The translations under genes were made by a program, and so were the position numbers. DNA of 63,769 nt, counting the filler, from Ionaspis alba (lineage: Eukaryota): assembly GCA_964255285.1 (NCBI GenBank). It is 6 parts of 6 records of this genome, joined end to end, with 100 filler letters (N's around TTAATTAATTAA, not from the genome) between each part and the next. Parts side by side here need not be neighbours in the genome. Positions count along the whole stretch, not along the records: positions 21,348 to 31,886 come from CAXUUL010000599.1; positions 31,987 to 42,523 come from CAXUUL010000600.1; 4 more parts are not named here. One strand, 5' to 3'. The notes beneath the pieces were generated by a model. That model was not told the DNA's origin. It saw nothing but the letters and a program-made list of their open reading frames with translations, and did not search any database. Below, piece after piece: positions 24,032 through 37,742 of the stretch (its first letter is position 1; each line of letters opens with the position of its first letter).

Positions 24032-26845
24032 CTATATGTTGACGCCGGTTCCCCGGCCGTCCGTTTGAGCCTTTGAAAACTGATACACCAACCCAAGAAC
24101 ACCAGGACCTTTATCACTGGTCCCTGTATGAACACCGCCTTCGCCATCATCATCTTCATCTACTGCTCCGGCTCTGGTGGTCTTCCAAGACTCGCCCAGA
24201 TTGCTATCATATGCTTCGCCCATACTTCCGCCTTCCTCTGTTTGATCTTGGTGCTCAGTGCCACCAGTCACATTGGTTTCGATGAGGTCAGAGGAGGGTC
24301 TCCTTGATGCTTTTAATCGAGATTGGACTCCAGGCTTATGCAGCCCTTTGGTATTGACGGCCGACGGTTGATGATGGGGATCAAGTAGTATTGAGGCCAT
24401 GGGCGAATGCTGAAAGCCCGTCGGCACAAAGTGCGGCGTGCGTTGTGATGTCGAGCCACCGCCAGCAGCAACTTGACGACCCAGCCTCCGTTGTTGTTGA
24501 GCCCAATGTGTGTTTCTGGTCGTGCTACCTGTGATACCCTCGCCCATAAGAGTAGGGGATGTGAGGCCTGGGAAGGCAGGAGGGAGATGAAATTGTGGGT
24601 TCCTGGGCTGATGCAGGTAGGGAGACTTCGGCTTCAAGTTGGTCGCGTAATTATCGATGAAGTTGTAATATGATGCTAGCATTTTGTTGTCTTTAGTGGA
24701 ATAATATTCTTCCCGGAGGTCTTGACCGTTTGTATCACGCGATGATTTCTGCCGAGTGAGATTGCTCCCCCCTTTCCTGAAGTCGAATACAGCAAACGAG
24801 CAGACGTAGCCTAGACCATCAACGTGCACAGTAAATTCTCGGAAAAAGTCCACAAGCCTGTCGCTGCATTTCGGCAGACTCACCCATAGGATGAACGGGG
24901 TGGAAATGATGCTCAAGAGCTCCTCGAGGAATATCACCAGCTTCATCTGGTAGAGCTGGGCAAATTCCCTGCGGACCTCGTCACTGTGTAGCCTGTCATG
25001 CCAGTGGTTCGGGAGGTAATGCGTGTAATCCGTAACACTCTTGAGCGCGAACCCAGGATCAAAAACCAAGTTTTCTTCCGGCACAACTCCTCTTGATATT
25101 GCCCAAACAGAACCAAAGACTCCTAGGTAAAACAACACCGTTCGTTCCTTGGTAATTTCAAAGCCCAGGAACAAATCGGGGTCGATCACCGATGCGACAG
25201 CGAGAACCGAAGCTAATGCACCCGCAATGAACGCGATGAACCGACCCACCTGAATGGTCTTGTCCTTGGGGAACTGATCAAGGTAGCGAGCGGCGAAAGG
25301 ATACGACATATTGATGCGCCTTTCGAAAAGATGCCATAATTCATTGAACTCGCGAAATTTCCATTCGGCGAAGGGCGTGTACTGACGGGAAGTGATCTGA
25401 GAAGGGTTCCTTTGATACTCCGTAAAATAACGAAAGAAATAAAGCATCATAAAATACACAATGATGAAAGGAGCGCAAACAACATTCATAACACCTGCAA
25501 TGAGAAATCTCCTCCGCAAACCGTCACTTAGAGCCCTTCGGTGAGAATCTTTCAAGAAGAGAGGTCTGACTTGACCCTGCTCGTTGAAGACATAGTCCAA
25601 GATGCAAAGACTCAAGTTCCATTCAAGTGTCTTCGAGAAAAGTGGTCTGTCCTTGAAATAAGGTATTGGCAAAGTAAGGTCAAGAATATCTTTGTTGAAT
25701 AAGGCAATCAAGAAATTATCACGGCGCATCAGCCTATTGGCAATGTCGTGAGCGTCCATACGTTGCTTGGACTGGCTACCAATGAAACGGCGATGTCGAT
25801 CCGGCACGCCAGCGGCCGTGGATGGATTCGAGTCCCTCAACAACATCAAGCGCTGAACAACGTCTTGCCAGGAGATCGTCTGAATATCGGTGTCTGGGAT
25901 CTCGAGAAGGTAGTGGTAGAAGTCATGCATGTGCTTTAATCGACGTATATCCAGGAGATATTGGAAGACCTTTGCGATCCAAAGAAAAGCAAAGATCCAG
26001 ATGAGAAAGTTCGAGAATCCTGACATATTTTTGGTGCATTTTGGAACCAAGATCTGTTCCATCTTGGTGCTTCCAGGTATCTTTTTGTAATTGATACATT
26101 GTGTCAGGAACGTGCCAAATCCAACGACGAATGCCAGTGTGAGAAGGTTGAGCACCCTACTCAATAGTATACACCAGACACCGTTTCCCAGGAAGTAGTC
26201 GTACACGTCTTTAAGGAAGTTGTCGAGATTCTCCACATTCGCCCATCTCCACATGGCCTTCTCTTTCGGATCAATCATCATCAGAGGATGAGCTCGACTG
26301 CGCTGGCTGCGTTGACCGATAAGTGGTGGTGGAACAGCTGGAGTTCGATGGAGTTGCTGTTGTTCTTTCGTCGCCTGCCATTTTGCCCTTGTAGCCCCAG
26401 TAGCATGGCCAGCCACCGGGATAGGCTCAAGGCTCTTGTTCTGACGGCCTGTGGTGGGAGGCAACGGTGAGACAGGAACGCCGTTTCGATCACCTTCAAT
26501 CAGCAGTGACAGAGGGACTTCGTCGTCAGCTTCGTCAGCTTCAATAATCTGAGGTGACCGCTGCTTCCACTTCTGTTTATGTGATCTGGTATTTCTGTTT
26601 CCCTCGGCCGTAGAGGTCTCCGCAGCCGTAGGGCTGAGTTCGAAATCACTCTCCATGGCATCAGCAAGAACAGAATCTAGCTGGATGTTGTGAGTGCCCA
26701 AATTCTCCTCATCGAGTAGGGTCATCCCTGCCCTCTCTTCAATGTCACTAGCATCAGAAGAGTGGTCGAGCTCACGGAGTGTTTCGTAGACAGAAGGAGG
26801 CCCAGTGCTCGAAGGTAGCAAACGCGAGAGAAGATTCGAAGCCAT
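24032..26845 (-). CDS. ATG9: Autophagy lipid scramblase Atg9
   Basis: [61 protein letters not shown] and KMLASY. First ATG (MASNLLSR) at 26845. Confidence 0.97.
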   Translation of the reverse strand: MASNLLSRLLPSSTGPPSVYETLRELDHSSDASDIEERAGMTLLDEENLGTHNIQLDSVLADAMESDFELSPTAAETSTAEGNRNTRSHKQKWKQRSPQIIEADEADDEVPLSLLIEGDRNGVPVSPLPPTTGRQNKSLEPIPVAGHATGATRAKWQATKEQQQLHRTPAVPPPLIGQRSQRSRAHPLMMIDPKEKAMWRWANVENLDNFLKDVYDYFLGNGVWCILLSRVLNLLTLAFVVGFGTFLTQCINYKKIPGSTKMEQILVPKCTKNMSGFSNFLIWIFAFLWIAKVFQYLLDIRRLKHMHDFYHYLLEIPDTDIQTISWQDVVQRLMLLRDSNPSTAAGVPDRHRRFIGSQSKQRMDAHDIANRLMRRDNFLIALFNKDILDLTLPIPYFKDRPLFSKTLEWNLSLCILDYVFNEQGQVRPLFLKDSHRRALSDGLRRRFLIAGVMNVVCAPFIIVYFMMLYFFRYFTEYQRNPSQITSRQYTPFAEWKFREFNELWHLFERRINMSYPFAARYLDQFPKDKTIQVGRFIAFIAGALASVLAVASVIDPDLFLGFEITKERTVLFYLGVFGSVWAISRGVVPEENLVFDPGFALKSVTDYTHYLPNHWHDRLHSDEVRREFAQLYQMKLVIFLEELLSIISTPFILWVSLPKCSDRLVDFFREFTVHVDGLGYVCSFAVFDFRKGGSNLTRQKSSRDTNGQDLREEYYSTKDNKMLASYYNFIDNYATNLKPKSPYLHQPRNPQFHLPPAFPGLTSPTLMGEGITGSTTRNTHWAQQQRRLGRQVAAGGGSTSQRTPHFVPTGFQHSPMASILLDPHHQPSAVNTKGLHKPGVQSRLKASRRPSSDLIETNVTGGTEHQDQTEEGGSMGEAYDSNLGESWKTTRAGAVDEDDDGEGGVHTGTSDKGPGVLGLVYQFSKAQTDGRGTGVNI

Positions 26846-27235
26846 CGGTAATTGTTCGATTTGCTGCAAAACACCAAAAGCAAGATTCGTGAATCAAAGG
26901 TGCCTGAACAAGACTCATCGTGGTGAAGGATAGTTAGTTGCCTAGCGATGGACTCGAAAAGTGGCCTTGCACATAATGAGCAAGTATGTTTTCGAAGGTG
27001 GGTGCTGTATTGGCCGGATATTTCTTCGAGTTCTGTCAGTCGGTCATTCTGATATATGGCGGTGCGTGATACGGAGTCGGGTGATGCATGGACAGTGTTG
27101 ACCGTGATGCCAGAGGGGTTTAAAGTTCCGCGTTCAGTTTCGGCGCGTTCCGCACAGCAAACGCCGCATCCAACCGCCAAAACCCTACCTATTTCGAGGT
27201 AATTATTTGCCTTAGAATTATCAAAGCCGTTTACT

Positions 27236-29376
27236 ATGAATGGGCAAAGCTACACCACTGCTGATTTTGCAGATGGACTCGATGATAATGTGTCGCAGAC
27301 AGACTATTCACATAAATCAAATGCTTTGTCTAATAAGCTCACAAGCGTGTTGTCAACTTCATTTGCCGACGGAGAAATTAGAGAAGTCCTGAGGACGCTG
27401 GACGAAAGACATATCCAGAATACAGCAGGGACTCGTCGTCGCCTCCGACAGGATGCCCAGAGAGAAGTTATAGAATGCAATGGAGATATCATCAAGGACT
27501 TTGGGCAGGTCGCGGAGGTTGATGCTCCATGCAGATGCCCATGCGGACGCTGCTGACAGAACGTTAGCAACTCAGGCGCATTGGATCTACGATTGCAAGC
27601 CTCAATCGTTGCTGCGAAGACATGCGCCGTCATGTGGCTGCCGCACATGCAGAGACAGGTCCAATTCTTGAAGAAGCTACAAATCTCCTCTCGCAGAGGC
27701 AAGAGGTCGAGACAGAGAAGAAATTACTAGACGCCTTCAACAAGCGTTTCATCATATCAGATGAGGACTTAGAGATTCTTATTTCGGCCTCGACCCCGGT
27801 AGACGATAAGTTCTTTGGCACTCTAGTACGTCTCAAACAAATTCATGCCGATTGTCAAGTTCTCCTCGGATCCGAGGACCAACAACTTGGACTGGATCTG
27901 ATGGACAAGAGCTCGAGAAACCTGAATGGCGCATTTCAGAAACTCTACCGATGGATACAGAAGGAGTTTAAGACTCTGAACTTGGAGAATCCACAAATAA
28001 ATGCTTCGATCCGTCGTTCTCTGCGTGTGCTTGCTGAACGTCCCACCTTATTTCAAAGCTGTCTTGATATCTTCGCTGAAGCTCGTGAACGCAATCTGTC
28101 AGACTCCTTTTATGCAGCTCTAACAGGATCATCGAAAACTCAAACAGAAGATTCAACCACAAAACCAATCGAATACTATGCTCACGAACCTCTGCGCTTT
28201 GTCGGAGACATGCTAGCGTGGACCCATTCTGCTACCGTCTCAGAAAGGGAAGCCTTGGAAGTACTTTTCATTTCAGAAGGAGATGAAATGGCCAAGGGTA
28301 TTCAAGCAGGCATTGATAGTGAGCCTTGGTTAAAAGTCGACGCGGAGGTGTTTGATGGTAAGAAGACTTTGGAACAGCTCGTCAATCGAGATCTTGCGGG
28401 TGTGGCCAGAGCTCTACGGCAACGCGTAGAACAGGTAATACAAAGCGACGAAGATCCAGTTCTAGCTTACAAGATTGCCAATCTTACTGACTTCTATCGT
28501 CTGACGTTTGCTCGGCTATTGGGTTCAGATTCTAGCGTTCTAGATACTCTCTCAATGCTGCAAGAGTCTGCTCTTGCACAGTATCGCACAATCATGCGCG
28601 AGAACGCAATTTCGATATCGTCCCTGTCTATACAACTACCTCCGGATTTGAGCATACCTGATTTTCTGACCGAGGCACTCAACCAACTGAAAGAGTTGAT
28701 GAAGACCTACGATTCGTCTTTCATTCCTCCCGAGTCACGGGAAACCGGTTTCGTCGATGTGCTTAAACATTCATTAGACCCTTTCCTGGGAATTTGCGAA
28801 CAACTGGCCGCAAAGCTTGAAGAGCCTGCCAAGAGTATTTTTACCATCAACTGCCTGATCGGCGTCAAAGCGACGCTAGCCTCCTATGACTTTACAAAGG
28901 AACGGATTGCAGAGTTAGACGACACTATTGATGAGCAGGCAGTAAACCTTGTGGACCACCAGCATGCTTTCTTCCTCCACACATCTGGTTTACATCCTCT
29001 GCTGGTAGCTCTGGCGCCTTTATCAGACTCTGAGGAGGAACTCCTTGGCATTGCAGGTCTCGAGCCTTTCCAACCTCCTGCTTTGACAGATTCGAGTCAA
29101 ATGCTAGACGACTTCCTGCCCTCTGCCTTGATGGACGCTATGGAGAATCTCAAGCTGTTGAAGATTTCGAAAGTGGCAGAGGAAATAACAGAGGAAGCGG
29201 CAAGTCGGTTCTGTGAGGATTTTGAGTTCGTTGAGGGAAAGCTTTTGGCAGCGGACGAGCTCCGGCAAGCGGGAATGAGTGAGGAAGGGGATGACGAGGA
29301 ACAAAAGGACTCTCCAACCAGTCTACGAAGTCTGTTTCCAAGAACTAGTGGAGAGATTAGAGTATTACTGAGCTAG
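27236..29376 (+). CDS. COG6: Conserved oligomeric Golgi complex subunit 6
   Basis: [23 protein letters not shown] and [11 protein letters not shown]; intron 27518-27567 gives QVAE|QLRRIG. Confidence 0.95.
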
Positions 29377-29782
29377 ATGGTTTGGTCCTTCCGGCAACTG
29401 CTATATCACAAATATTTATGGGCTCGATGTAATCATCGCCTGAAATTCTGAATCGAACTCGGTTAATTATTGAAACTTTCAATTCTTCTATACCATGATG
29501 GAACCTCGAGGCTGCCTTTTTGATTTCGCAAACCAAGCCTGTCCTCTGAGCGATGCCGACGGCCTCAAACCCGTAAATTTTGCTTGCCCAGTATTCGACA
29601 ACCATCGATATATCCAATACGCCACAAAGGCTCGCGCGCAACGCGTTAATTGATACTAAGGTGATTCTTGATCCTCCCAGGATTCTAATATGATATGTTT
29701 CACCGCAGAGACCCTGCAAACGAGCTTGACTTGAAAGCTTCATCGTTCGGCAACAGATTCCAACCCAGTTCCTGACAAGAGT

Positions 29783-30174
29783 TCAAACTCCCTGTGGCAT
29801 GCCCACGCCGTCCCGCACCTTCTTCTTCTCCCACTCCTCTGGCGTAAAGCACTTGGGTGTCCAAGCATGTATGGCAGCAATTTCATTCTTCAGGGCCGAG
29901 TTGACAAGCCGATGTCGGGCAAGGCTCGTTTTCTTTTCAAACTGTGGAGAAACGATCATCGCCTGGAAAGCTTGCCCACAGCCACCTATAAAGCTTAAGT
30001 CAGACTCAGCCGCAAAATAGACATAAGGGCAAGCCGTGTCGTACCCGAAATATCTTCGATATCTACATGTTGTGCGTCGAGCTTCTCCGTCAATGTGGTC
30101 TTCAGGGAGGCGGGAGTTATGCCGGATGAGTTTGCAACCTGGGCGGCTTGTGTGTCTGTTTCGGCGGCGCTCAT
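29783..30174 (-). CDS. BOL2: BolA-family protein, Bol2/Fra2 type
   Basis: [42 protein letters not shown]; intron 29986-30044. In-frame upstream ATGs also exist. Confidence 0.85.
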
Positions 30175-30465
30175 ACTGTACGATTTGATGCTTCTAGGTA
30201 TGGCTTGTAACCGATGCGAAGTCGAAAATAGAAATCTTGAGGTTTTCATTGGCCACATGTGAATGAAGTTATGGAAAAGGTAGAAACATCGCATGAACTC
30301 GTTCTTCGGGAACCAAACGACGCTCGAGATCTAATCAGTGACGTCGCCCCACGCTACCAAGTTAAGCTTATATGGCTAGCAAAACCGGGTGCGATCCGTT
30401 GGATATGAATCTAGACTCTTTGCTCCCGACCAATGTTCCGGCAGACGCTGAGACGAGCAGCAAAG

Positions 30466-31886
30466 ATGAGTGTGAGCACGTACACCACCGACAAGGCGTC
30501 GCCTTTTACTAGGGCGGTCATCAGCGCCATGAGGAAGCTGTGGGTTTTGTAAGTCTAGATAGAAAACTACATGGGCTAAATTCAGTGTTTACTCAGGTAC
30601 CCCGAGGCGCTGGCAGATAAGAGCTTCGATAATACTGGCTGTGAGATATTCTTTGGGTCATTTGAAATATGCTCAAATGTAGCCACTGACAGCTTTTTTA
30701 GTAATGCTCGAAGCTCCTTTCGATCCCATCAGGCGGCAAATGAACTCAGTCCTTCTCACTGTCGATCTGACAAAAGCCGTCGCGGACGAAGCTATCGAGC
30801 GCAAAGATTGCGTCGTTGTTGCATACCGTAGGTGATATCTTTGCCCCATCAATCAAACCATCCTGCTCATCGATTCCCACACAGATCCCATCATCTTCAA
30901 AGGCCTCAAATCCCTTACCCTTGCCAACACACAACAGCAATCGCTCCTGCGCCTAGCCCTCGAAGGCATCAGCGTACGGCCCACCAGACCACAACTCTAT
31001 AATCCTATCATTGACTCCAATGAGCCAGGTCTACAGCCCTCACACCGCCGTCGACGCCGCACCGGGAGGTCTGGGCGATTGGCTAGCGGATATCGTCACA
31101 GGCACGCTGTCCGAGCCCGAACCAGCGACCAAGACCGCAACATCTGAAACAACGTCCTTGAGCAGCGATGGCGGGCCTGCAGACTCGGACGAAGATCCCT
31201 TTGTGGAGAAAGCGGACGAGCAGAAAACACCCAAGGGCTTACGACCTCGGATGGCGCTACAGAGGACATACTCGAGACCGACGTATCCCGATCGGACCGA
31301 AGTCTCGCAGACAGATCTGACTCCGTGAATCCACTCTCGCCTTTTCCCCAGCTCGAGCTACCCTTTTTGCTAATAGCTATCCCCAGCTCATCCGCCACCC
31401 ACAAACGCTCCGTCATCCACCCCATCCCCGACGTCGAAGGTCCGCATCCATCCTCCCTTACTTACCAACCCCCAAACCCCAAATAACAACCTCCCCTTAG
31501 GCTTTCCCAACGCCGGCATGGGCCGCCTGATAACCTTCACCACGCCCCAACCCCTCACCCACCTCATCGAACGCATCGCCCGCGGCGTCGGCAACCCGAA
31601 GGGCTTTCCCGTCGCAATCCCCCAAAACCGGCAAGTGGAAGACATCCAGATCCGCACCGTCGGCATCTGCGCCGGCAGCGGGGGATCCGTCCTCGCCAAC
31701 GTGTCCGCCGACCTACTTTTCACGGGGGAACTATCCCACCACGAGGCTTTGGCAGCGACGGAGAGGGGCGCGAGCGTGGTGACGCTTTTTCATAGCAATA
31801 CGGAAAGGGGCTTTTTGCATAGCGTTATGAAGGGGAGGTTGGAGAAGGTGTTGAGGGAGGAGTGGGAGAGGGTTAGGGGGGAGGAG
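30466..31886 (+). CDS. NIF3: NIF3 / YbgI family metal-binding protein, 3' end in gap
   Basis: YPEALADKSFDNTG, VVAYHPIIFKGLK, VYSPHTAVDAAPGG, GMGR, GICAGSGGS, TGELSHHEALAA and HSNTERGFL; several short introns. Confidence 0.93.
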
Positions 31887-31985
31887 NNNNNNNNNNNNNN
31901 NNNNNNNNNNNNNNNNNNNNNNNNNNNNNNTTAATTAATTAANNNNNNNNNNNNNNNNNNNNNNNNNNNNNNNNNNNNNNNNNNN

Positions 31986-32088
31986 NGGGCGAGGGGGGGA
32001 AGGAGGTTGAGGAGGGCGAGGAGCTTGAGGGAGGCGAGGGTGTCGAAACGAAGGGCTTTTGAGTCGTGGCTTCAGCTTCAGTAGCCAT
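31986..32088 (-). CDS. Possible 5' fragment of a gene running into the gap (MATEAEATTQKPFVSTPSPP...)
   Basis: ATG in good context (AGAATGG) with an open Ser/Pro-rich frame up to the Ns; no recognisable domain. Confidence 0.25.
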
Positions 32089-32661
32089 TCTGCGTGTCTG
32101 ACGGAACCTGACGGATGAGCTATGCGTATGTCGGAAGTGAGCGTAACGAGGAGAATACACATGCCTAGGCACGCGATATATGGAAAGGTTCGGGATATCT
32201 TCTAGCTGAGCCAGACGAAATCCCTATTCCTATAAATCTGTTTATTTTGTATTTTTAATCTAGCCTTTTGCTAGGTTCTCTCGGTCATGGATGACTAAGA
32301 GCCTTCCCAAGGTCCCTCAAGGCCTAAGGCTCAGGGGGATAATAGGCAAAACGTCTGAAGATAAAGGGGTAAAATTAATTGGTAGGTGGCGTGCGCGATG
32401 GCTGGGCGAACGTGGACTAACATTACTTTCAACACATACTGTGTCCGAGGGAAGGCGGAGGGCAAGTTGTAGAGAATTTGCTCCGCACTGTTTGAACGGT
32501 ACTCAAGTAAGGCTGGACTAGGACTCATCGCCAAGCTCGTGAAGTTCTATGACCACAATCAAACAGAACTATTGATCATCCCATCTTATCACGGCACTTC
32601 CAATTGAGAAGTACACTCTAGCATGGCAACGTACGAGGATAACAGCCACCAGATACAATCC

Positions 32662-34577
32662 TCAAAAACTCTGTGCGCCCATCGACTTCGTCGGCATCAA
32701 CAAGACAGCAATGGTAGAAATAAACACGGCACCACCAGCCAAGAACAAAGGACCATTCAAACTAACAGCAAGGATATGCGCAGCAATGATAGGCGACACA
32801 ATGCTGAAGATACGACCCCAAAAGGATGCAAGTCCACACGCCGTCCCCCTAATAGGGGCAGGGAACACTTCAGGTGTCCAGCCGTACAGGATGGCATTGA
32901 ACATACTCTGGAAGAAGTATTCCATGAGGTTGAGTCCAATGTTTGAAGCCTCGGTGTTCACAGCTGCATAGAGGAACAGCGATGTGCCCATGAGAGCAGA
33001 AGAGATGACCATTCCGTACTTTCTTCCGATGAAAGGGACTGCATACATCAAAGCTCCGAGGAGGACGCCGACAATGCCAGGCGTATATATGATGATGTAG
33101 TTGCGGTAGGTCTCGGAGACAGTCACTTTGATTTCTTTGTTTTTCGCGAGCAAGATGGTAGGCAGAAAGGAGCCGGCAACGGAGAACGCCCAGTAGTCAA
33201 AGATGTAAGTAATCCAGACCAAGATTGTCAGTCTTGCAATAGTGGCATTCGCAAAAAGGAGTTTATATCGAGTGAACTCCAGCTTGACCTTCGTGGCGAT
33301 TGAGCTTTTTGCTTGTTTTGCTCCCGCACCGAGGACAACAGTGCCGGTCTCTCTACTTCGTATAGAAGCATCTTCATTTGTGAGAGCGTCGAACACTTCG
33401 ATAGTTACGGGGCACTGTCGCCCGTTGAATTTGGCGATGTGGTGTAGCACTTTGACCGCTTTTTCGTCCTGGCCCCTGTAGAGGAGAAATTTGGGAGACT
33501 CTTGAAAGCGGAAGACCGCGAATCGAAGGAAGAATGCAAAGAGTGTGATTGCGCCAAGGGTGAAAAGGGTGTAGCGCCAACCCATGTTACTGTCTTTGGT
33601 GCAGCATGCCACTCCAGGTTGTACCGAGTTGCAAGATGGACGAGCCGTGCCATAGATATCGGTGAAGCAAGAATGGGAAGGAATGAAGCCATATGCAATA
33701 CCGGTAGTCACCACCACGCCCAGAGGCTGGAAGATTGAAAGCAACGCCAATAGGAATCGTCGGTTCTAATTGAAGTCAACAGACTGTTTTCCCGCCAAGC
33801 AGTAGATCAGCATACTTGAGGGATGAATTCTAGGCAGATCGTCGTATCAATTGGAATATTTCCACCGACACCAAATCCTACGAAGGCTGTCAAGACCAGG
33901 ATACTGTTGTAATCAGAAGGCGCTCCAAGGCAAAGCCCGAAGATGGAGGATATGAGGCAAGTCAAGTTGAAAGCATATTGGCGGCCTAATCAACAGTAAG
34001 CCGTGAGACACCGTGAGGGGGAGATATTCGGGCAAGCCAGAGTACATGCCAATGATGTCAACCAATACTCCCCATATAAAAGCCTGTTGCGGTCCCAGTC
34101 AGCCATGTGCTGCAAAGAGAAGCGCTCAGATATTCTTACACCAGCTGTCAATCCGGCACTGAAACTGGAGAAGATATTGCCCAATTGCTCCGCTGAGGGT
34201 GTCAGTAACAGTTATAGAGTGAAAGACCATAAGACTGACTTGGAAATCCCAACTCGTCCTGCAAAGATTTGGAGACAAGACCGAAAGCTTGAGCCCACAT
34301 GAGATCGAGGAAATAGCTGGCTTTGTTAGGCTACAGATTGGCAGATGTACGGTTCCAGAGTCCCATACCCGAAGCCACATAGACCAAAGATCCACCATTG
34401 ATACTTCCCCATGCCATGACTATCCAATTCTCGGTTGACAATGAATGCTTTCTTCTCGTACAACGTGAGGCCCTCCAGCTCTGGATCGCTAAGGATAGTG
34501 TGCCGTATTGGTTCGGCATTTACAAGCTCGTTCACATACTCCTTATCGGGTACTTCAAGACTCTTATCGCTTATCAT
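32662..34577 (-). CDS. MFS transporter (SV2/SVOP-like sugar-porter relative)
   Basis: GMGKYQWWIFGLCGFG, GVGGNIPID, GWRYTLF, ESPKFLL and WTPEVFPAPIRGTACG; multiple TM segments; several introns in the 5' third. Confidence 0.88.
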
Positions 34578-35544
34578 GTTTGCAATTGTTACTCAATCGA
34601 GCGAGAATCGAGAAGGAAGCAAAATACACTGAAAGTAGAGGAAGTGACGAGTGCAAGGAAAGCATGCAAGATATGTATGAACACATAGTGCGGGGGGGGG
34701 AAGTGCATATCTATCAGATCGCGCCTGGTCCTCCATAGTATCGAATCACAGCATGATGCCTCTTCCCATACATGGTGTTGGTGACGTCTTTCGCGCATTG
34801 CTAGATCGATGAAGCAGGGACCTTTAGTTGCCTTAGCGGGACTTCGTGCAGCAAAACGGCCAGAACACGGCTTCATGATCCAATCATCTTTAAGCCGTTG
34901 GGGTTCACCACAGACAGAATGTGCACGCGACGATTTCGAAGATGCCGTTCGACTCCTTCGCGCGGAGTAGGCATATCTTGGGTGACGCAAGAAGAGAACG
35001 GTCAGAGGTCCCCATGCTCGAATTTTTGCCGTAATCATACGTGTAGGGGCCTTGGCGTCTAGCTAGCGCGGAGGAGGGGAAGTCCAGCGAGATATCGACA
35101 TTACACTGTATCACTGGACATGCAAAGCAATAAAGTGCTTCGGGATATTTTGTGGAAGCCTGATCAATACACTACATAATGCAGTACATTTGAGTGAGTC
35201 GGGCTGCATACTGAAGCCTCATGCGACACAGATAGACATCTTCCAACATGACTATGTACTTGGAAATACCGTTCCTTGCTTGAGTGACCTTTTTCGTGTC
35301 GAGCTGGCTCTCTCCAACTCGAACGTCCTGCATCACTTGCCACCACGAAGCTCTCCACAGAACAATCATCCCAGAGATCAAGATGCTCGCAGATAGATAT
35401 CGTACAGTGCAAATCAGAGATGCACACTTTCCAGATCAACCCAACTAAGCCGTATCAGGTCTTCCTCAACGCCAAGCAAGATTTAACCGACGATTTGACT
35501 AACCGCAAACTCCACTCAAAGTATGCTGTATAGCAACGCCTTCT

Positions 35545-37448
35545 TCAAGTCTTCTTCTCTGGCGGGCCCATAAGTCCATTCGCTTTCGCCTTCGCCGGCA
35601 ATTGTGGAACCTTGAACCCTCCATTCGCCACCGCTCCTCCTGCACCCGGAACAGCACTCGAACCACCAACTTGCGTGAAAGTCCCACCCTTGAACCAACG
35701 ATCATCCTCCGCTTCCCTCTTCCTCTTTAACTCCCTCTGTGCCTTCGGATCCACCAGCTCCAGCCCCTGTACCGGCGTGAATGCGATACTACTGGCAGTC
35801 CCACTTGCGCCAACTCCACTACTCCGTAACCCTTGTGCACGCAGCATAGTTGCGTTGCCCGCCCCCTGCCCAAAGCCTCGTAAGCTAGAAGCCATACCAC
35901 TGCCACCCATAGGCGTCGCCGTTCCCCAACCCTTATTGTTCTTACTGAGTTTGGCACGTGTGCGCTGGTCGATTTGAAGCGAGCGAATGCGCCCTTCGTT
36001 TGCTTGACCGATCATGCCGAGACCTTTGGTGCCGGGACCGGTGCCGTAGCCTACTTCTGCCTCTTCTTTCCCGAATGCCATCCGGTTTTGAGCTTTCGCG
36101 AGATCTGTTTGAGCAACGGCTTCCTTTGCTTTGCGCGCACGGCGGCCACCGCGCTTTCGAGAGGGCTTGTCGTCAGGGGCAGGCAGAGCGCGGGTTCCTC
36201 TATTCGGAGGAGGGTGTGTTAGCTTGTCGAGTTTTTCAAGACACCATTCTTTGAGCTCCTCGCCATAGGCGCTATCGGTCGCTTTGTTGCCGCTGTCGAC
36301 TCGAGCGGCGAGCATCACTTTTCCAGAGATAATACGCATGGCTTTGTTTTTGAGCTCAGCGGGGACGCCTTTGATGAGGGGATTCTGATAAAGGAAGCCT
36401 TGTTGGCGGACGCTGGTATTGGTGGCGAAGCCAGCGCTGGTTTGCTTTTTCGAGCCGATGGCTGCGAGGTTGCAGGAGGGGTTGTTTGCAAGGCTTGTAA
36501 GACCACCGGCGACGTTGAGAAGTTGAGCGGCGGTAAGGGAGCCGATGAGCGCAGTGAGATTGGGAGCAAAGACGGTCATACGGGATTGGACATATTCGGT
36601 AAGGGTTCGTTTGGCTCGGTCAAGGGATAGGGTCATCTGGCACGCTGATAAAATTGTTTTGAGCTCCGAATCCGTCAAGTCACGGCCTCTGGTAGTTGTG
36701 CCTTCGACGGTCACCACCATAAGTGTGGGACCGTCGAGTATTGATTTGAGTGATGATCCAACCATGTTGTCCGTCTTCTGTGCAATCTCTTTGATGTTGT
36801 CCATCGGGCCATTGCCGATGATTGCCACTGCTCTCGCATAATCTAGAGGATTGGTGATGAGTGTCTCTAGCTCTGGGAAGCGTGTCGAGTAGTGATCTCG
36901 AATAAATTTGTGGACAAGGATAATCTCGCTATCGATGGAGGTTGAGAGGGTATTCGATTGTGTAAGCAGGTGATACTCGGGATTGTCTTCGACAGAGCCG
37001 ATATGTGTCGTCTGCTTCTCAGGAGGTAGGGATTGATAGTGTGCGATTTTCTGGGCGCCGTGTTACGTCAGGGCTATGTCCACAAGATGATTGTAAACCC
37101 TGAGCTTCAGATCGAATCAAATATAGCAGGAGTGGAATGAAATGGTAGACCAACCTCTAGTACTGGCTCCAGAGTCTTCATCAGACCTGCGACGCTCCTT
37201 ACATCACTCACACCACCCAGCTGCATCTTCTCCACCTTCGCCTTTGCTTCTTCCTCGTTGTCCACATCATCTAGGCCAGGGCCGTCCTCATCGTCCTCAT
37301 CTTTCATCAACTCATCTTCTATTCCGTTTACTCCGTTTGTGTCACGAAGAGATTGTTCTTGTGGACGGGAATCTGAGCCAACTTCAGAGCCATCTTCAGA
37401 GCCGTCATCCCCAAAGTCGTTCAAAAGTTCCTCCGCTAGTGTCGACAT
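35545..37448 (-). CDS. PRP31: U4/U6 snRNP protein Prp31
   Basis: MSTLAEELLNDF, HKFIRDHYSTRFPELE, Nop domain (APNLTALIG..LAARVD), RKRGGRRARK and SSIAFTPVQGLEL; intron about 37051-37154. Confidence 0.96.
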
Positions 37449-37742
37449 TTCTAATAAGCTGGAACAGAAGATGAATTGAAAGGTGAGGAAATAATCCTCT
37501 TGCGTGATATGCCTGGCCCAATATTCTGTTGTTTATGACAGCAAGGCGCAAAGGCGTTGTCGGGGGGCTCTTTACTCACAAGAGCTTCACTAGTGCTGCC
37601 GCTATGTTCGAGAACGCGAGAGGAAGCCTCTAGCGTCAACGCTAAGCCCTGTTCGGCCCTCGCCTTATGTGGGCGACCGCCCGCTGAAACCTCGTCCTTC
37701 ACTCTTCGCCCGCCTCCAACCTTTCCCTCTTTTACTCATCTC

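Noticed and set aside
23300..24068. Short + strand ORFs between MRS4 and ATG9 that look faintly protein-like
   Set aside because: Frames are broken by stops, with no consistent splice model or recognisable domain; a decayed pseudogene cannot be excluded.
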